Both the position numbers and the translations under genes were made by a program. The notes beneath the pieces were generated by a model. The model did no database searches. It worked only from the letters and a program-made list of their open reading frames with translations, and was not told the origin of the DNA. From Rhodothermales bacterium (GTDB taxonomy: Bacteria; Bacteroidota; Rhodothermia; Rhodothermales; VXPQ01), in contig JBBDTI010000083.1 of NCBI GenBank assembly GCA_040904565.1, positions 1 through 64,000 on the forward strand: a stretch of 64,000 nucleotides of DNA, written 5' to 3'. Positions 19,972 to 31,873 of the stretch are shown here, one piece after another (position 1 is the stretch's first letter; each line of letters opens with the position of its first letter).

Positions 19972-20621
19972 CGATACGGCTTAAGATATGCGGCATCACG
20001 CGACTTGAAGACGCCCGGTATGCCGCCGCGGCCGGGGCCGATTATCTTGGATTCATACAGTACCGGGAAAGCCCGCGGTACATCGAACCGGCCCGCGTAC
20101 GTGAGATCGTCGACTGGATCTACGGACCGGATCCGGTGGGCGTCTTCGTCGACGAAACGGCAGCGGACGTCAATCGCATCGCCGACGAAGCGGGCTTCAC
20201 GCTGGTTCAGCTGCACGGAGACGAGCCCGTGTTCGAGGTGGCCCGGATCGACCGTCCCGTCATCAAGGCGATCCGCGTCGCTCCCGACACGACGACGGAC
20301 GCGTTGCGGAGACAGCTCCGCGCGTATGAGAACGTCGTAGATCACTTTTTGCTGGATACCCACTCGGCGGCGCTCCGCGGCGGTACGGGCGAGGCATTCG
20401 ACTGGGAGGTCGCCCGGGGGCTGTCGGCGGACTATGACCTGTTTCTGGCGGGGGGCGTTGGTGCCGACAACGTGCAGCAGGGCGTCCGTCTGCTGGATCC
20501 CTTCGGCGTGGACGTATCGAGTTCGCTCGAGGTCGAACCCGGGATCAAGGACTTTACGAAGATAGACACCTTCATGCGTGCATTCGACACCCTTTCCTCC
20601 ACGTCTCGAACCAACAGCTGA
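19968..20621 (+). CDS. trpF: Phosphoribosylanthranilate isomerase
   Basis: KICGIT, QLHGDE, GGTG, LAGG, GVDVSS. Confidence 0.97.
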   Translation: MTIRLKICGITRLEDARYAAAAGADYLGFIQYRESPRYIEPARVREIVDWIYGPDPVGVFVDETAADVNRIADEAGFTLVQLHGDEPVFEVARIDRPVIKAIRVAPDTTTDALRRQLRAYENVVDHFLLDTHSAALRGGTGEAFDWEVARGLSADYDLFLAGGVGADNVQQGVRLLDPFGVDVSSSLEVEPGIKDFTKIDTFMRAFDTLSSTSRTNS

Positions 20622-20624
20622 TCC

Positions 20625-21815
20625 ATGCCGCAAGCCCACCCCATCCCCGACGAGCGAGGCCACTTCGGCGTGTACGGAGGCGTGTTCGTCCCCGAGATAC
20701 TCATTCCGGCGGTTACGCGCCTCCGTGAAGCCTATGAAGAGGCGCGTGACGACGAGTCCTTCCAGGAAACCTATCACGAACTCCTGGAAACGTACGTAGG
20801 TCGACCGACCGCCCTTACGTATTGCAATCGACTGACCGACGAGCTCGGGGGACCGAAAATCTACCTGAAGCGCGAGGACCTGTGTCACACGGGGGCGCAC
20901 AAGATCAACAATACGATCGGACAGATTCTTCTTGCTCGCCGGATGGGCAAGACACGCATCATCGCGGAGACGGGCGCGGGCCAACACGGCGTCGCCACCG
21001 CCACCGTATGTGCGAAGTTCGGTATGCAGTGCATCGTATATATGGGGGACGAAGATGTAGAGCGTCAGCACCTGAATGTATTGAGGATGAAACTCCTCGG
21101 CGCTGAGGTCCGAGCGGTTTCCAGCGGAAGCAAGACGCTGAAGGACGCAACGAACGAGGCCATTCGCGACTGGGTTACGAACGTCTCCGACACGTTCTAC
21201 ATTATCGGTTCAGTCGTCGGCCCGCACCCGTATCCCATGATGGTGCGCGACTTCCAACGTGTCATAGGAGACGAGACACGGCGCCAGCTTCTGGAGGCGG
21301 AAGGTCGCGAAACCCCGGACGCCGCACTGGCGTGCGTGGGCGGCGGGTCGAACGCCATGGGGCTCTTCTATCCCTTCCTGCGCGACGCCGGCGTTCGCCT
21401 GCAGGGCGTTGAAGCGGCCGGTGAAGGACTCGACAAACGCCATGCGGCAACGCTCACCAAGGGTACGCGCGGTATCCTCCACGGTACGATGAGTTATCTG
21501 CTCCAGAATGACGAGGGGCAGATCGAGCTGGCCCACTCGATTTCGGCCGGACTCGACTATCCGGGGGTGGGTCCCGAGCATGCCTTCCTGCGTGACGCCG
21601 GCCGCGTCAATTATGCGTCGGTAACGGACGAGGAGGCCATGGAGGGCGTTAAGCTGCTCTCGCGTACGGAGGGCATCATCCCGGCACTCGAAACCGCCCA
21701 TGCCATCGCCTACCTCCCACAGCTCGCATCCGAGATGCGGCCCGACGAGATTATTGTCGTCAATTGTTCCGGTCGCGGCGATAAGGACATGGGTACGATC
21801 TCCGGGTATCTATAG
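20625..21815 (+). CDS. trpB: Tryptophan synthase beta chain
   Basis: [44 protein letters not shown]. Confidence 0.98.
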   Translation: MPQAHPIPDERGHFGVYGGVFVPEILIPAVTRLREAYEEARDDESFQETYHELLETYVGRPTALTYCNRLTDELGGPKIYLKREDLCHTGAHKINNTIGQILLARRMGKTRIIAETGAGQHGVATATVCAKFGMQCIVYMGDEDVERQHLNVLRMKLLGAEVRAVSSGSKTLKDATNEAIRDWVTNVSDTFYIIGSVVGPHPYPMMVRDFQRVIGDETRRQLLEAEGRETPDAALACVGGGSNAMGLFYPFLRDAGVRLQGVEAAGEGLDKRHAATLTKGTRGILHGTMSYLLQNDEGQIELAHSISAGLDYPGVGPEHAFLRDAGRVNYASVTDEEAMEGVKLLSRTEGIIPALETAHAIAYLPQLASEMRPDEIIVVNCSGRGDKDMGTISGYL

Positions 21816-21877
21816 GAATATACCGAAAACGCCCGATCTCACACAGGTACTACCAACAGGAGCGCCCCGCGGAATAC

Positions 21878-22717
21878 ATGTCACGAATTCGAGAAACGCT
21901 AGAGACTTGCCGGCAGCGTGGTGAGAAGGCGATGGGCCTGTTCCTTACGAGCGGATTCCCGGACGCCGAGAGCACGCTTCCGATTCTCAGGGAAATGGAC
22001 CGGGGCGGCGCAGATTTCGTCGAGCTGGGCATGCCCTTCAGCGATCCGCTTGCCGAAGGATTGCCCATTCAGCGCTCCAGCGAACGTGCCCTCCGTGGGG
22101 GCGCGCGCATGAAAGATGCGCTGGAAACCGCACGCTCCTTTCGAGCCGAAAGCGATACGCCGCTCCTCCTGATGGGCTACGTCAATCCAATCCACCGATA
22201 CGGCATCGCCTCGTTCTGCCGGGATGCCCGAGATGCGGGCGTTGACGGTCTCATCCTCGCCGACCTGCCGCTCGAAGAGTCGTCCGTCATCGCGGAGGCC
22301 GCGGCCTCCGCCGGGCTCGGACTCGTCAACCTGATCGCCCCAAACAGCGGCGAGGAACGGATCCAGCGTATCGACGACGTCACGACGGCATTCGTGTATG
22401 CGGTATCGGTCACCGGACTGACGGGATCCGGATTCGGATCGGTTGAGAACGTCGAAGCCTATCTGCGGCGAGCGCGGCAGCTCGTTACAGCCAATCCACT
22501 CCTCGTAGGATTCGGCATCAAAACCCACGAAGACGCGGAGCGATTGAGTCAAAACACGGACGGTTTCATCGTCGGATCGGCGCTCATCGAGCACGTGGAA
22601 AAACTCTGGGCCGACCGTTCTCTGTCCACGAAAGCGCGCCTCAGTGAGGTTCGCCGCTTTGTCGCCGCACTCAAACATGGGAACGAGGTGTCGGCCGCCG
22701 GGACGCCCGGCGCATAA
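21878..22717 (+). CDS. trpA: Tryptophan synthase alpha chain
   Basis: [34 protein letters not shown]. Confidence 0.96.
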   Translation: MSRIRETLETCRQRGEKAMGLFLTSGFPDAESTLPILREMDRGGADFVELGMPFSDPLAEGLPIQRSSERALRGGARMKDALETARSFRAESDTPLLLMGYVNPIHRYGIASFCRDARDAGVDGLILADLPLEESSVIAEAAASAGLGLVNLIAPNSGEERIQRIDDVTTAFVYAVSVTGLTGSGFGSVENVEAYLRRARQLVTANPLLVGFGIKTHEDAERLSQNTDGFIVGSALIEHVEKLWADRSLSTKARLSEVRRFVAALKHGNEVSAAGTPGA

Positions 22718-22774
22718 GCAACTCTCCGGCGTCCGTACGCGTTGCATGGCTGACTTTACCACCAATTATAGCTC

Positions 22775-23932
22775 GTGAACAGGATGAAGCGATTCTTGCG
22801 TAGGCGTTTCGTGCGTAGCGGTGCCGCCGGCATCCTCCTCTCCGTGCTTGTGCTGGCCGGTGCGATCGTCTCGGGGTGCGGATCAGCAGACTATCGTCCC
22901 CGTGCCGTCGGTCAGGAAGGCGAAATCGTCATCGTGATCGACTCCACCGACTGGAGTGGTTCGATCGGAGAGGCTATTAAGGGCACGGTTGGTCGGTATA
23001 TTAAGACGCTTCCAGCCCCCGAACGCCAGTTCGACCTGCGTCAGGTAGATCTGGTCTCGGAGCGCGACCTGGAGATGGCCCGGCGCCACAAGAACGTCAT
23101 CTTCGTGGCGTCGCTGAGCGACTCCACGAACGAGGCCCGCTACATGAAGAACGTATTCGACTCGACGGCCCAACAGGCGATCCGCGAGGGAGGCGGCACA
23201 GCCATATCCCGCGAGAACATTTTCCGGCGAGACCAGCAGGTGTATTACATCACCGGCGTCGACACGGACGACGTGGTGGACGTCATCGAGAGCCGGTCAG
23301 ACGAACTTTCGCGAGCCTTCAACACGATCACGCGTCGCCGGCTCGAAGCCGACATGTTCGATCGGGGGCGACAGCACGAGATTGAGGACTACCTGATGGA
23401 GGAGCACGGCTTCGCCGTCAACGTGCAGCACGACTACCAGGTCGCCATCGACACGACGAACTTCATCTGGCTTCGACGCATTCTACCGGAAACGTGGCGC
23501 AGCCTCTTTATTTACTACGTCGATAATGCCGATCCCGCCCAGCTGGACCCCGAATGGGTGCTGGCAACGCGGGACTCGCTGACGCGCGAGCACGTTCAGG
23601 GGAATCTGGGGGGATGGGTCGAGGTGGACCGACGCGACATTCAGCCTCTCGAGAGCGAAAATATCGGTTTTCTGGGTCGCTACGGGTTCGAGACCCGGGG
23701 CCTCTGGCAGATGGTCGGCCTCGAAGGCGGCGAGCTTATTCAATTCGGCATGGGCGGACCGTTCCTGAACTATTCCTTCTACGACCGAGAGACGGGGCGC
23801 CTCTACATGATCGACGGGATGGTCTTCGCACCCGGATACAACAAGCGCGAATTTCTCCGTCAACTCGAAGTCATCGCTCATACGTTCCGGACGCGGGAGG
23901 AAGCGCAGCCGGCCGTCGCTCGCAGCGAATAG
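22775..23932 (+). CDS. DUF4837 family lipoprotein
   Basis: Lipobox VSGC; [19 protein letters not shown] motifs. Confidence 0.82.
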   Translation: MNRMKRFLRRRFVRSGAAGILLSVLVLAGAIVSGCGSADYRPRAVGQEGEIVIVIDSTDWSGSIGEAIKGTVGRYIKTLPAPERQFDLRQVDLVSERDLEMARRHKNVIFVASLSDSTNEARYMKNVFDSTAQQAIREGGGTAISRENIFRRDQQVYYITGVDTDDVVDVIESRSDELSRAFNTITRRRLEADMFDRGRQHEIEDYLMEEHGFAVNVQHDYQVAIDTTNFIWLRRILPETWRSLFIYYVDNADPAQLDPEWVLATRDSLTREHVQGNLGGWVEVDRRDIQPLESENIGFLGRYGFETRGLWQMVGLEGGELIQFGMGGPFLNYSFYDRETGRLYMIDGMVFAPGYNKREFLRQLEVIAHTFRTREEAQPAVARSE

Positions 23933-24008
23933 CCGGGCCTCCCGTTGTGCCGGCCGTTCGAGCAAGGCACGACTCCTTATCATCAGACATACGATACGTT
24001 TAGAATAC

Positions 24009-24938
24009 ATGGCAACCGACACCCAGATCGCCGAAACCACGGTTGATGACGTCGACGGGGAACAGCCCGTACTGAAGCTTGGCCTTCCGAAGGGAAGCCT
24101 GCAGACGTCGACCTTCGAACTTTTAGCCAAAGCCGGATTCAACTTCTCCGTCAGCAAGCGCTCGTATTTTCCCTCGACGGATGATGAAGAGTTGACCGCC
24201 ATGCTCGTACGCGCTCAGGAGATGGCGCGCTACGTGATGGACGGCGTGTTCGATGCCGGCATTACCGGAAAGGACTGGGTCATCGAAACGGATGCGGACG
24301 TACACCCCGTCGCCGATCTGATTTATTCCAAGGCCAGCATGCGACCGGTTCGCTGGGTACTGGCCGCTCCGGAGACGTCCGACATTCATTCCGTGAAGGA
24401 TCTCGAAGGTAAGCGCATCGCGACGGAGGTCGTTAATATTACGAGGAAGTGGCTGGCCCGGAACGACGTCGAGGCCGAAGTGGAATTTTCCTGGGGTGCC
24501 ACGGAGGCGAAATGCCCCGATCTCGTCGATGCCATTGTTGAAGTGACGGAAACCGGTTCCTCGCTGCGCGCCAATCAGCTGCGCATTGTCGAAGTGCTGA
24601 TGGAGTCAAACACCCAGCTCATCGCCAATAAGGAGGCGTGGGAAAATCCGTGGAAGCGTCGCAAGATCGAAAGCATCGCCATGCTGATGCAGGGCGCTAT
24701 ACGAGCTGAGGGTCGCGTAGGGCTTAAGCTGAATGCCCGCAGCCAGGATGCCGAGCGTATCATCAACGTGCTCCCCGCACTCAGGCGTCCGACCGTCTCC
24801 TCGCTCGCCAACGGCGACGATTGGGTTGCTATCGAGACCGTGATCGAAGAGCGGCAGGTTCGGCGCCTCATACCCGAGCTGAAGCGTGCGGGCGCGGAAG
24901 GCATCATCGAATACGAGCTGAATAAAATTATCCCCTAG
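24009..24938 (+). CDS. hisG: ATP phosphoribosyltransferase (long form)
   Basis: [32 protein letters not shown]-terminal regulatory domain. Confidence 0.96.
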   Translation: MATDTQIAETTVDDVDGEQPVLKLGLPKGSLQTSTFELLAKAGFNFSVSKRSYFPSTDDEELTAMLVRAQEMARYVMDGVFDAGITGKDWVIETDADVHPVADLIYSKASMRPVRWVLAAPETSDIHSVKDLEGKRIATEVVNITRKWLARNDVEAEVEFSWGATEAKCPDLVDAIVEVTETGSSLRANQLRIVEVLMESNTQLIANKEAWENPWKRRKIESIAMLMQGAIRAEGRVGLKLNARSQDAERIINVLPALRRPTVSSLANGDDWVAIETVIEERQVRRLIPELKRAGAEGIIEYELNKIIP

Positions 24939-24939
24939 C

Positions 24940-25455
24940 GTGCCCCGAGCATCAGCCACCGGCGCGCACCGCGCACCGGATCACAGGAGTGATCCGGCCG
25001 CAGACCGCGTGACAGGCGGCACGACGGCCTGCACAACGGACCGCACCTTAGACCGTACCGTTCGCCGGAGGACGGGTCGCACCGGTGACCGGTCGCTTCG
25101 GGTTCTAGCGGCCACCTGGGTCCTTGTATTGACGCTTGCCGCGTGCGGCAGTGAGCGGCGGAACGCGCCCGTGGCCGATACGACGATGGTCGACGTGCTG
25201 GTAGAGCTTCACCTTCTGAATGCGCGCGAGGAAACGCAGGGGCGGCCGCTCCTGAGAGCACGCGACTCCCTCTTCTCTAGATATGGCATCGACAGCACCG
25301 CCTATGCGGAGGCCGTGACGTATTACGCCGATCGGCCAGGCGAGTACGGAGACGTTTATGGTCGCGTCGTCGATGAACTGGCTTCCTCGCCTGTTCCGAT
25401 CACGTATCCGGACTCCGCGTCGCCGCCTCCAGGGCTGACTCCGCCTTTTCCGTAA
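24940..25455 (+). CDS. DUF4296-like lipoprotein
   Basis: Lipobox LAAC; MVDVLVELHL, YGID and YY pattern; start uncertain; 3' end overlaps convergent recQ by 56 nt. Confidence 0.7.
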   Translation: MPRASATGAHRAPDHRSDPAADRVTGGTTACTTDRTLDRTVRRRTGRTGDRSLRVLAATWVLVLTLAACGSERRNAPVADTTMVDVLVELHLLNAREETQGRPLLRARDSLFSRYGIDSTAYAEAVTYYADRPGEYGDVYGRVVDELASSPVPITYPDSASPPPGLTPPFP

Positions 25456-27373
25456 GCTCGAAAGAGCTCCCCAGGGGACTGACCTGGCGAAGATACGCCT
25501 CGTTGAGAAGCCAGGTGATGAGTCGGTCGACACGATACGCCGGAGGATCGTCGCCGTCGAACCATGCGCTCCGGGGCTTCTTCTTTGAGATCTGACGCAG
25601 TATGTGACGCACGACGGGCCGATCCGTCGCCGTCGGCACGTACGGTTCGTGGCGGCCCAGGCACACGTCGCAGCTCCCGCATCGCTCCGGTGCATCCTCT
25701 CCGAAATACGTAAGCAGGAATCGTCTTCGACACACGTCCTCACGGGCGTACCGGATCATGTCATCCAGTCTCGCCTCCGCCCTCTTGCGAGCACGCCGGA
25801 CTCGATCACCGTCGACCGGGAGCTTACCGGCACGCGCGTGCAACAGCTCAAGTCGCATCCCTCTATCCGGTGCCATCCAGTCGAACAGATCGTGCGCGCG
25901 AAAATAGTCCAACCCCCGGAGCAAGCGTGCCCGATCCAGGCTCGTCCGACGTTTCAGAAGCCGCAGGTCGATCTCCCACCAGTCCGAAAATGCGTCGGCG
26001 TGCACGGTCCGAAGCAGCTCGTTGAGAAAGGAGCGCAGCGCGTCGTTCGACAGGCGGGCGGCGTAATCACGTACGTTGCCCGCCGTCTGGGTGAACCGAA
26101 TGAGACCGTAGTGCTTCCGGACCGGCAGGACTCTCCACGCCCCTTCCTGCTCGATGAACTGCACGGCCGTTCTGATCTTGCCCGCCGAGAAACCGGTCAG
26201 CTTCGACACGGCCTGAGGCCGCACGACGACCGGTCCGGCGGGTTCGGCTCCGACGGCGATCTGCGCCAGGCTGCACACGGCCTCGTATACGCTGCGGACC
26301 TCTTTCGCCGACGGATGCCCCTCGTCGATCAGAAGTCGGGGCGTCTCCTCGTCGCTCGGATGATAGAGGAGAATGGCATACGAGGTACGTCCATCACGCC
26401 CGGCCCGGCCGGCCTCCTGATAATAACCTTCCAGCGTACCTGGAAGGTCGACGTGAATGACGAAACGCACGTTCGATTTGTCGATACCCATGCCGAAGGC
26501 GTTCGTGGCCACCATGACACGCTGCTCACCGGCGATCCAGCTCTCCTGCATGCGCTCGCGAACCTCCCCGTTCATTCCTCCGTGATAGGCCGCCGCCGAA
26601 ATACTCCTTCTGTTCAACCATCGAGCCCAATCCTCTACGCTCTTTCGCGTAGCCGCATACACGATGCCGGGACCTCGTACGCTGTCCAGCACGTCGACCA
26701 CCTTCGACCGCTTGTTCTCCGTCTGAAAGACGGACCAGACCACGTTGGGCCGATCGAAGCCTCGAACGAGAACGGCCGGCCGGCGGAGCTCGAGATACCG
26801 GAGAATGTCCTTTCGAACGTGCGGCGTGGCCGTGGCCGTTACGGCCATCGTCGGCGGATCACCCATGTACTTTCTCGCCTCTGCGATCTCCAGATAGGCA
26901 GGCCGAAAGTTATGCCCCCACTCCGAGATGCAGTGTGCTTCGTCGACGGCCAGGAGCGATATCTTCATCCGAGCTGCTCGCGCGAGAAACAGCTCGGAGT
27001 TCAAGCGCTCGGGTGCGACGTAGAGCAATTGGTACCGTCCGTGCTCCGCGTCCGTCCACCGCTGATCGATCTCCCTTCGCGTCAACGAACTGTTGATGAA
27101 CGCCGCTTCGATCCCGTGGGCTCTGAGGGCGGCAACCTGGTCCTGCATCAGCGCGATGAGTGGAGATATGACGAGGGTCAGGCCATCTCGCAGCAGTGAG
27201 GGGATCTGGTAGCAGACGGACTTTCCGCCTCCCGTTGGGAGAATGGCGAGCACGTCTCGATCCTCAAGGATGTGTTCGATGATCTCCCATTGCCCCGGCC
27301 TGAAGTCAGGGTGACCCCAGTGAGTACGCAGCGCGTCACGCGCCTCCTCATATGTCGGCTTTCGTGCAGTCAC
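25400..27373 (-). CDS. recQ: ATP-dependent DNA helicase RecQ family
   Basis: PTGGGKS, DEAHC, TATA, AFGMGIDK, QEAGRAGRDG, Zn motif CRR...CGSCDVC. Confidence 0.95.
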   Translation of the reverse strand: MTARKPTYEEARDALRTHWGHPDFRPGQWEIIEHILEDRDVLAILPTGGGKSVCYQIPSLLRDGLTLVISPLIALMQDQVAALRAHGIEAAFINSSLTRREIDQRWTDAEHGRYQLLYVAPERLNSELFLARAARMKISLLAVDEAHCISEWGHNFRPAYLEIAEARKYMGDPPTMAVTATATPHVRKDILRYLELRRPAVLVRGFDRPNVVWSVFQTENKRSKVVDVLDSVRGPGIVYAATRKSVEDWARWLNRRSISAAAYHGGMNGEVRERMQESWIAGEQRVMVATNAFGMGIDKSNVRFVIHVDLPGTLEGYYQEAGRAGRDGRTSYAILLYHPSDEETPRLLIDEGHPSAKEVRSVYEAVCSLAQIAVGAEPAGPVVVRPQAVSKLTGFSAGKIRTAVQFIEQEGAWRVLPVRKHYGLIRFTQTAGNVRDYAARLSNDALRSFLNELLRTVHADAFSDWWEIDLRLLKRRTSLDRARLLRGLDYFRAHDLFDWMAPDRGMRLELLHARAGKLPVDGDRVRRARKRAEARLDDMIRYAREDVCRRRFLLTYFGEDAPERCGSCDVCLGRHEPYVPTATDRPVVRHILRQISKKKPRSAWFDGDDPPAYRVDRLITWLLNEAYLRQVSPLGSSFELTEKAESALEAATRSPDT

Positions 27374-27455
27374 GTTGAATCGAACGATATGGTTTGCCGG
27401 ACGTTCGGAGAACGCTTAAAATCAACATCCTATCGTCGGGACGCCTCTTGACGGC

Positions 27456-28532
27456 GTGACCTCTCATAATACGGCCGAAGAACTCGAAGCCCAATTCGCC
27501 ATGCCGGACGACCGTCCCCGCGTTTCCATCATCATCGTCACATGGAATGCCCTCCCCCTGCTAAAGAAGTGCCTGCCGTCCGTAGCAGCAACGTCGTACG
27601 ATGACCTGGAGATCATCGTCGCCGACAATGCATCCTCTGATGGTTCGGCCGAGTGGATTGAAGCGACATTTCCCGACGTCACCATCGTACGTCATCCTGA
27701 AAATTGGATGTTTTGTCGCGGGAATAACGCAGCCATTCCGGAGGCGACGGGTAAGTACGTCGTCCTGCTCAATAACGACGTCGAGGTACCGCGGAACTGG
27801 CTCGATCCGCTCGTCGAAGCACTCGAAACGCATGACGACATTGGTGCCGTACAGCCCAAGCTGCTTCAGTATGACGACCGGTCTCGCTTCGAATACGCAG
27901 GGGCCAGTGGTGGTTTTCTCGATCGGTATGGATATCCCTTTACGAGGGGCCGCATCTTCTTCGAGGTCGAGGTCGATGGCGGACAGTACGACGATCCGTC
28001 CGACATTTTTTGGGCTACGGGGGCTGCCCTGATGCTTCGCCGCTCGGCACTCGACGAGGTCGGACTCCTGGACGAGCGCTTCACGATGCACATGGAGGAG
28101 ATCGACCTCTGCTGGCGTCTCCGACGAGCCGGCTACCGGATCCGCGTCGTGCCGGCAAGTAAGGTATATCACATCGGAGGCGGCTCGCTGCCTCAGGGAA
28201 ACACCCGCAAGGTATATCTCAATTTTCGAAACAGCCTCCTGCTCCTCTACAAGCACCTTCCCGTCGCGGAATGGCGGCGCGTGTTCGCCTTCCGATGCGC
28301 ACTCGACGCTGCGGCTGCTGCTCGCGCTCTCGCAGCCGGTCGGCCCGTAGAGGCCGCAGCTATCATGCGCGCCTATACCGACGCGCACCGGATGAAGGGC
28401 GACTACGACGACATCCGGCCGGCAGATGAGGAGGATACCGTACTGCCGACCTACAGGCGATCCATCGTGATCGACTACTTTCTCCGGGGCCGCAGGCGTT
28501 TTTCCGATCTTCCGACGGATGCGTTCACCTGA
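27456..28532 (+). CDS. Glycosyltransferase family 2
   Basis: SIIIVTWN, DNASSDGS, LLNND, EEIDLCWR, YHIGG. Confidence 0.92.
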   Translation: MTSHNTAEELEAQFAMPDDRPRVSIIIVTWNALPLLKKCLPSVAATSYDDLEIIVADNASSDGSAEWIEATFPDVTIVRHPENWMFCRGNNAAIPEATGKYVVLLNNDVEVPRNWLDPLVEALETHDDIGAVQPKLLQYDDRSRFEYAGASGGFLDRYGYPFTRGRIFFEVEVDGGQYDDPSDIFWATGAALMLRRSALDEVGLLDERFTMHMEEIDLCWRLRRAGYRIRVVPASKVYHIGGGSLPQGNTRKVYLNFRNSLLLLYKHLPVAEWRRVFAFRCALDAAAAARALAAGRPVEAAAIMRAYTDAHRMKGDYDDIRPADEEDTVLPTYRRSIVIDYFLRGRRRFSDLPTDAFT

Positions 28533-28583
28533 GCACTGCGAGATCACACGGGATTAGAGGCCCGTTGAAGAACCAACGGCCCG

Positions 28584-29507
28584 TTAGTCCACTGCAGGTA
28601 TTGCCGCCCGGTCCCGGCGCCGGGCACGAATGGCGAAGGCGATGGCACAGAGCACCACGACCATGCCGGAGATGGCCAAAGCTCCCGGCACCTCGTCAAA
28701 CAGTACGAATGCAAGTATCGAAGCGGCGACCGGTTCGATGAGAGAAAGCAATCCCAGCATCGCAGCAGGCATGTACCGGATCGCATAATTGAAGGAGCCG
28801 TGTCCGAATAGCTGCGGCCCTACCGCCATGGCCAGGCAGAGCAAGTAGAACGAAGGGCTAAAGCCGAGCAGCGGGGTATCCAGAGCTATCGCGGCGATGA
28901 GCGCCGTGAGCCCGGCAACCGCATAGAGCGGAAAAACATAGGCGACCCACGATGTCTTCTGTCTTACGACCCGTCCGACCAGCAGGTAGATGCTGAATAC
29001 GAGGGACGCCGTGAGGGCGAGCGAGTTGCCGAGAAGCGGGGCCCGCGCGGACTCACCTGATGCGTCGCCGAGTCCGATGAGCACCGCCCCGGCGACGGCC
29101 AGAAGGATGGCCGACGTGACGCGTCTCGAAAGCCTTTCATCCAGAAATACGTACCCCAGAATGGCGAGGAATATGGGGGCCGTCGTAACCAGAACGGACG
29201 CGCTCGCGACGGTCGTATGATAGAGCGATTCGATCCACGTCACGAAATGAATCCCCAGCAGGACGCCGGCAACGGATATCAGCAGCAGGTCCCGCCGATT
29301 CAGCTCCCGCAGTTCGTCACGCGACCGGACAAGAGCCACGGGAAGGAGAAGGACGGCTGCGATCGTCGTCCGCCAGACGGCGATGGTCAGTCCGGGCGCT
29401 TCCGAGGCGAAACGCACCAGAATGGGACTGATGGAGAAGCTGCAGAGTCCGAAAACGAGTACCCAGTAGACAGAACGCGGTCTTTCCTCCATCTCACGTG
29501 CCGACAT
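28584..29507 (-). CDS. DMT/EamA family transporter
   Basis: About 10 TM helices in two repeats; EPV motif. Confidence 0.9.
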   Translation of the reverse strand: MSAREMEERPRSVYWVLVFGLCSFSISPILVRFASEAPGLTIAVWRTTIAAVLLLPVALVRSRDELRELNRRDLLLISVAGVLLGIHFVTWIESLYHTTVASASVLVTTAPIFLAILGYVFLDERLSRRVTSAILLAVAGAVLIGLGDASGESARAPLLGNSLALTASLVFSIYLLVGRVVRQKTSWVAYVFPLYAVAGLTALIAAIALDTPLLGFSPSFYLLCLAMAVGPQLFGHGSFNYAIRYMPAAMLGLLSLIEPVAASILAFVLFDEVPGALAISGMVVVLCAIAFAIRARRRDRAAIPAVD

Positions 29508-29518
29508 GATCGTCCTAC

Positions 29519-29938
29519 CTATCGCAACCGGTCCATAGAACGAACCAGCTCGATGTCTGCCCTGATACCCCTTCGTGCCAGATAAAAGAACAGATACGCG
29601 AGGAACGGCATGCCGATCGCGGCCGCACGTCCCACCGCGCCGCTCCCGACGAGGTCCAGAGATCCGGCAAGCATCATCCCGGACACGAGCAAGACGATGA
29701 CGATCAGATCCAGTACCTGCGTTACGAGCACCAGCTTCTGCTGCAATGGACGGTTCTCGTAAAGAAAGATGGTGATCACGGCTAGAATAGCCGTTGCAGC
29801 GCCCGAGGCGATCAGGCCGGGCCGGAACCAGATCAGGGATTCCGCGGCCCTACCGTTCAGCACGCCGTCCAGCGTGAACATGACGGACAACGCGACAGCT
29901 CCGAGAAGAAGATAGAGGGATTGTTTGCGTTGGATCAT
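29519..29938 (-). CDS. DUF4293 family membrane protein
   Basis: MIQRKQSLYL N-terminus and DIELVRSMDRLR C-terminus. Confidence 0.88.
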   Translation of the reverse strand: MIQRKQSLYLLLGAVALSVMFTLDGVLNGRAAESLIWFRPGLIASGAATAILAVITIFLYENRPLQQKLVLVTQVLDLIVIVLLVSGMMLAGSLDLVGSGAVGRAAAIGMPFLAYLFFYLARRGIRADIELVRSMDRLR

Positions 29939-30088
29939 CTCTCCAGGAGAAATCTGAGGGTCAATGGAACGGCATATTGAAGCAGGTGAGCGCGTCCGTC
30001 AAGGAGGCAGGGGGCGAAATGGTGCGCTTTGGATCGGTCGGACAGCCCACCGGTACGGGCGGCAGCCTTCGGCGCCTGCAGCGTCCGG

Positions 30089-31117
30089 TCATGCGGCCTC
30101 CTCCATAAGGCGCGCCACGCGTGACGCGACGTGCGCCCCGAAGTCCGTCGTCGACGCCGTTCCCCCAAGGTCACGCGTCAGGCACGCACCTTCGTCAAAC
30201 GTATCGTACAATGCAGACCGCACGGCATCGGCCGGACCGTGTTCGCCGAGGTGCCGAAGCATCATTTCCGCCGACCGCAAGAGGGCCGTCGGATTCGCGA
30301 TATTCTGTCCGGCGATATCCGGCGCACTTCCGTGAACGGCCTCGAAGACGGCACATTCATCACCCAAATTCGCTCCGGCCACCACACCAAGTCCGCCAAC
30401 GAGCCCGGCGCACAGATCGCTCAGGATGTCACCGAAAAGGTTCGTCGTAACGATACAGTCGTAGTTCTGAGGGCGCATGACGAGCTGCATGCACATGTTG
30501 TCTATGATACGATCGTTGAACTCGATGTCCGGGTAGTCCGCCGCGATCTCTTCCCCGATGCGAAGAAACATCCCCGACGTAACTTTAAGAATGTTCGCCT
30601 TATGGGCCAGCGTGACCATGTGACGACCATGCGCGGCCGCATATTCGAAGCAAAAGCGGATGATACGCTCCGTGCCCGCGCGCGTTACGCGGGCCGTCGC
30701 GTCAGCAATTTCCAGACGCTCGTCGTAGGTCTCTATCCCCGAATAGAGCCCCTCGGTATTCTCACGAAAGATCACGAGATCGACATTCTTGAACGGACCG
30801 GCCACTCCTGGAAGTGTGTTGCATGGGCGAACGTTGGCAAACAGATCGAGCTTCTGGCGAAGCTGGACGTTCACGCTCTTGAAGCCTTCCCCCACCGGCG
30901 TCGTGACCGGACCTTTTAACGCCACGCGGTTGGCACGAATCGAGTCGATCACCACTTCCGGCAGCGGTTCACCCATCTTCTTCAGCGAAGCCTCACCCAC
31001 GCTCTCGAGTAGATCCCATTCGAAGTCGAGCCCCGTTGCCTCGAGCACGTTTAGCGTCGCCTGGGTGACTTCCGGACCGATACCATCTCCCGGAATCAGT
31101 GATATGCGATAGGCCAT
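30089..31117 (-). CDS. Isocitrate/isopropylmalate dehydrogenase family (NAD-dependent IDH-like)
   Basis: PGDGIGPEV, KGP, SVNVQLR, RENTE, HKANI, NLFGDILSD, EAVHGSAPDI; start MAYRIS. Confidence 0.92.
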   Translation of the reverse strand: MAYRISLIPGDGIGPEVTQATLNVLEATGLDFEWDLLESVGEASLKKMGEPLPEVVIDSIRANRVALKGPVTTPVGEGFKSVNVQLRQKLDLFANVRPCNTLPGVAGPFKNVDLVIFRENTEGLYSGIETYDERLEIADATARVTRAGTERIIRFCFEYAAAHGRHMVTLAHKANILKVTSGMFLRIGEEIAADYPDIEFNDRIIDNMCMQLVMRPQNYDCIVTTNLFGDILSDLCAGLVGGLGVVAGANLGDECAVFEAVHGSAPDIAGQNIANPTALLRSAEMMLRHLGEHGPADAVRSALYDTFDEGACLTRDLGGTASTTDFGAHVASRVARLMEEAA

Positions 31118-31275
31118 GGTATTCTCGTGTCGAAGTAGTACATGTTCGAATGCCGCAACAAGATAACGGGTCGCCGACGCCTCAATCGTATATACTCTGT
31201 AAAATAGAAGGGGCGCAGGACACGTGGTAGCGCGAACGGACGCTACGATCCGCGCCGTCGTCGCCATGAAACGAC

Positions 31276-31302
31276 AAAAGCCTCGCCGTAAACGACGAGG
31301 CT
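31276..31302 (-). terminator. Intrinsic terminator after exbD pair
   Basis: Minus strand AGCCTCGTCG-TTTA-CGGCGAGGCT followed by TTTG. Confidence 0.65.
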
Positions 31303-31353
31303 CTGTCTCTTAAGCAATATGGATGACGCAAACCGTCGGAAATCCCGGTAGAC

Positions 31354-31809
31354 TCAACCGGTCTGCTCGGTACGACTGGAGTAGTTTATCCGTAGCGTAC
31401 CGGCTTCACGAAGCTCCTGCTGTACGTCCGTCACGATGCCCATGGACGCCTCCTGATCCACGCGGAGGGACACGATGAGCCTCGGCTGATCGAGCAGCTT
31501 CCGGTACATCACACTTCGGATGGTCTGAATGTCTTCAATCAGCGCATCGTCGATTTGTATGGCCGTTTCACCGAGCTGATTGTTGCCAAGCCTGCGAGGG
31601 CCGATATAGACATACGATACGAGCCGCTTCTGCTCGATCTTCGTCAGCGCCTCGGCCTGCGGAAGCGTCGTACGCACCTGGATTTCCTGCTCGCGCAGCA
31701 CCGTCGTCACCATAAAGAAGATGATGAGCATAAAGATGATGTCCGGCATGGACGCCATCGGAATCGACGGCTGCGACTTGGCGCTTTTCTTCTGAAAATG
31801 TGTAGACAT
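31354..31809 (-). CDS. exbD: Biopolymer transporter ExbD/TolR
   Basis: SMPDIIFMLIIFFMVTT transmembrane Asp motif. Confidence 0.92.
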   Translation of the reverse strand: MSTHFQKKSAKSQPSIPMASMPDIIFMLIIFFMVTTVLREQEIQVRTTLPQAEALTKIEQKRLVSYVYIGPRRLGNNQLGETAIQIDDALIEDIQTIRSVMYRKLLDQPRLIVSLRVDQEASMGIVTDVQQELREAGTLRINYSSRTEQTG

Positions 31810-31873
31810 GAAACTCTAGTCGCTTAATGGATTCCTCATCCGTGTAGATCGGCGCGTTCCGCGCGAACCTCAC

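Noticed and set aside
23933-24008. His leader peptide upstream of hisG
   Set aside because: No His-codon run or terminator in the 76-nt spacer.
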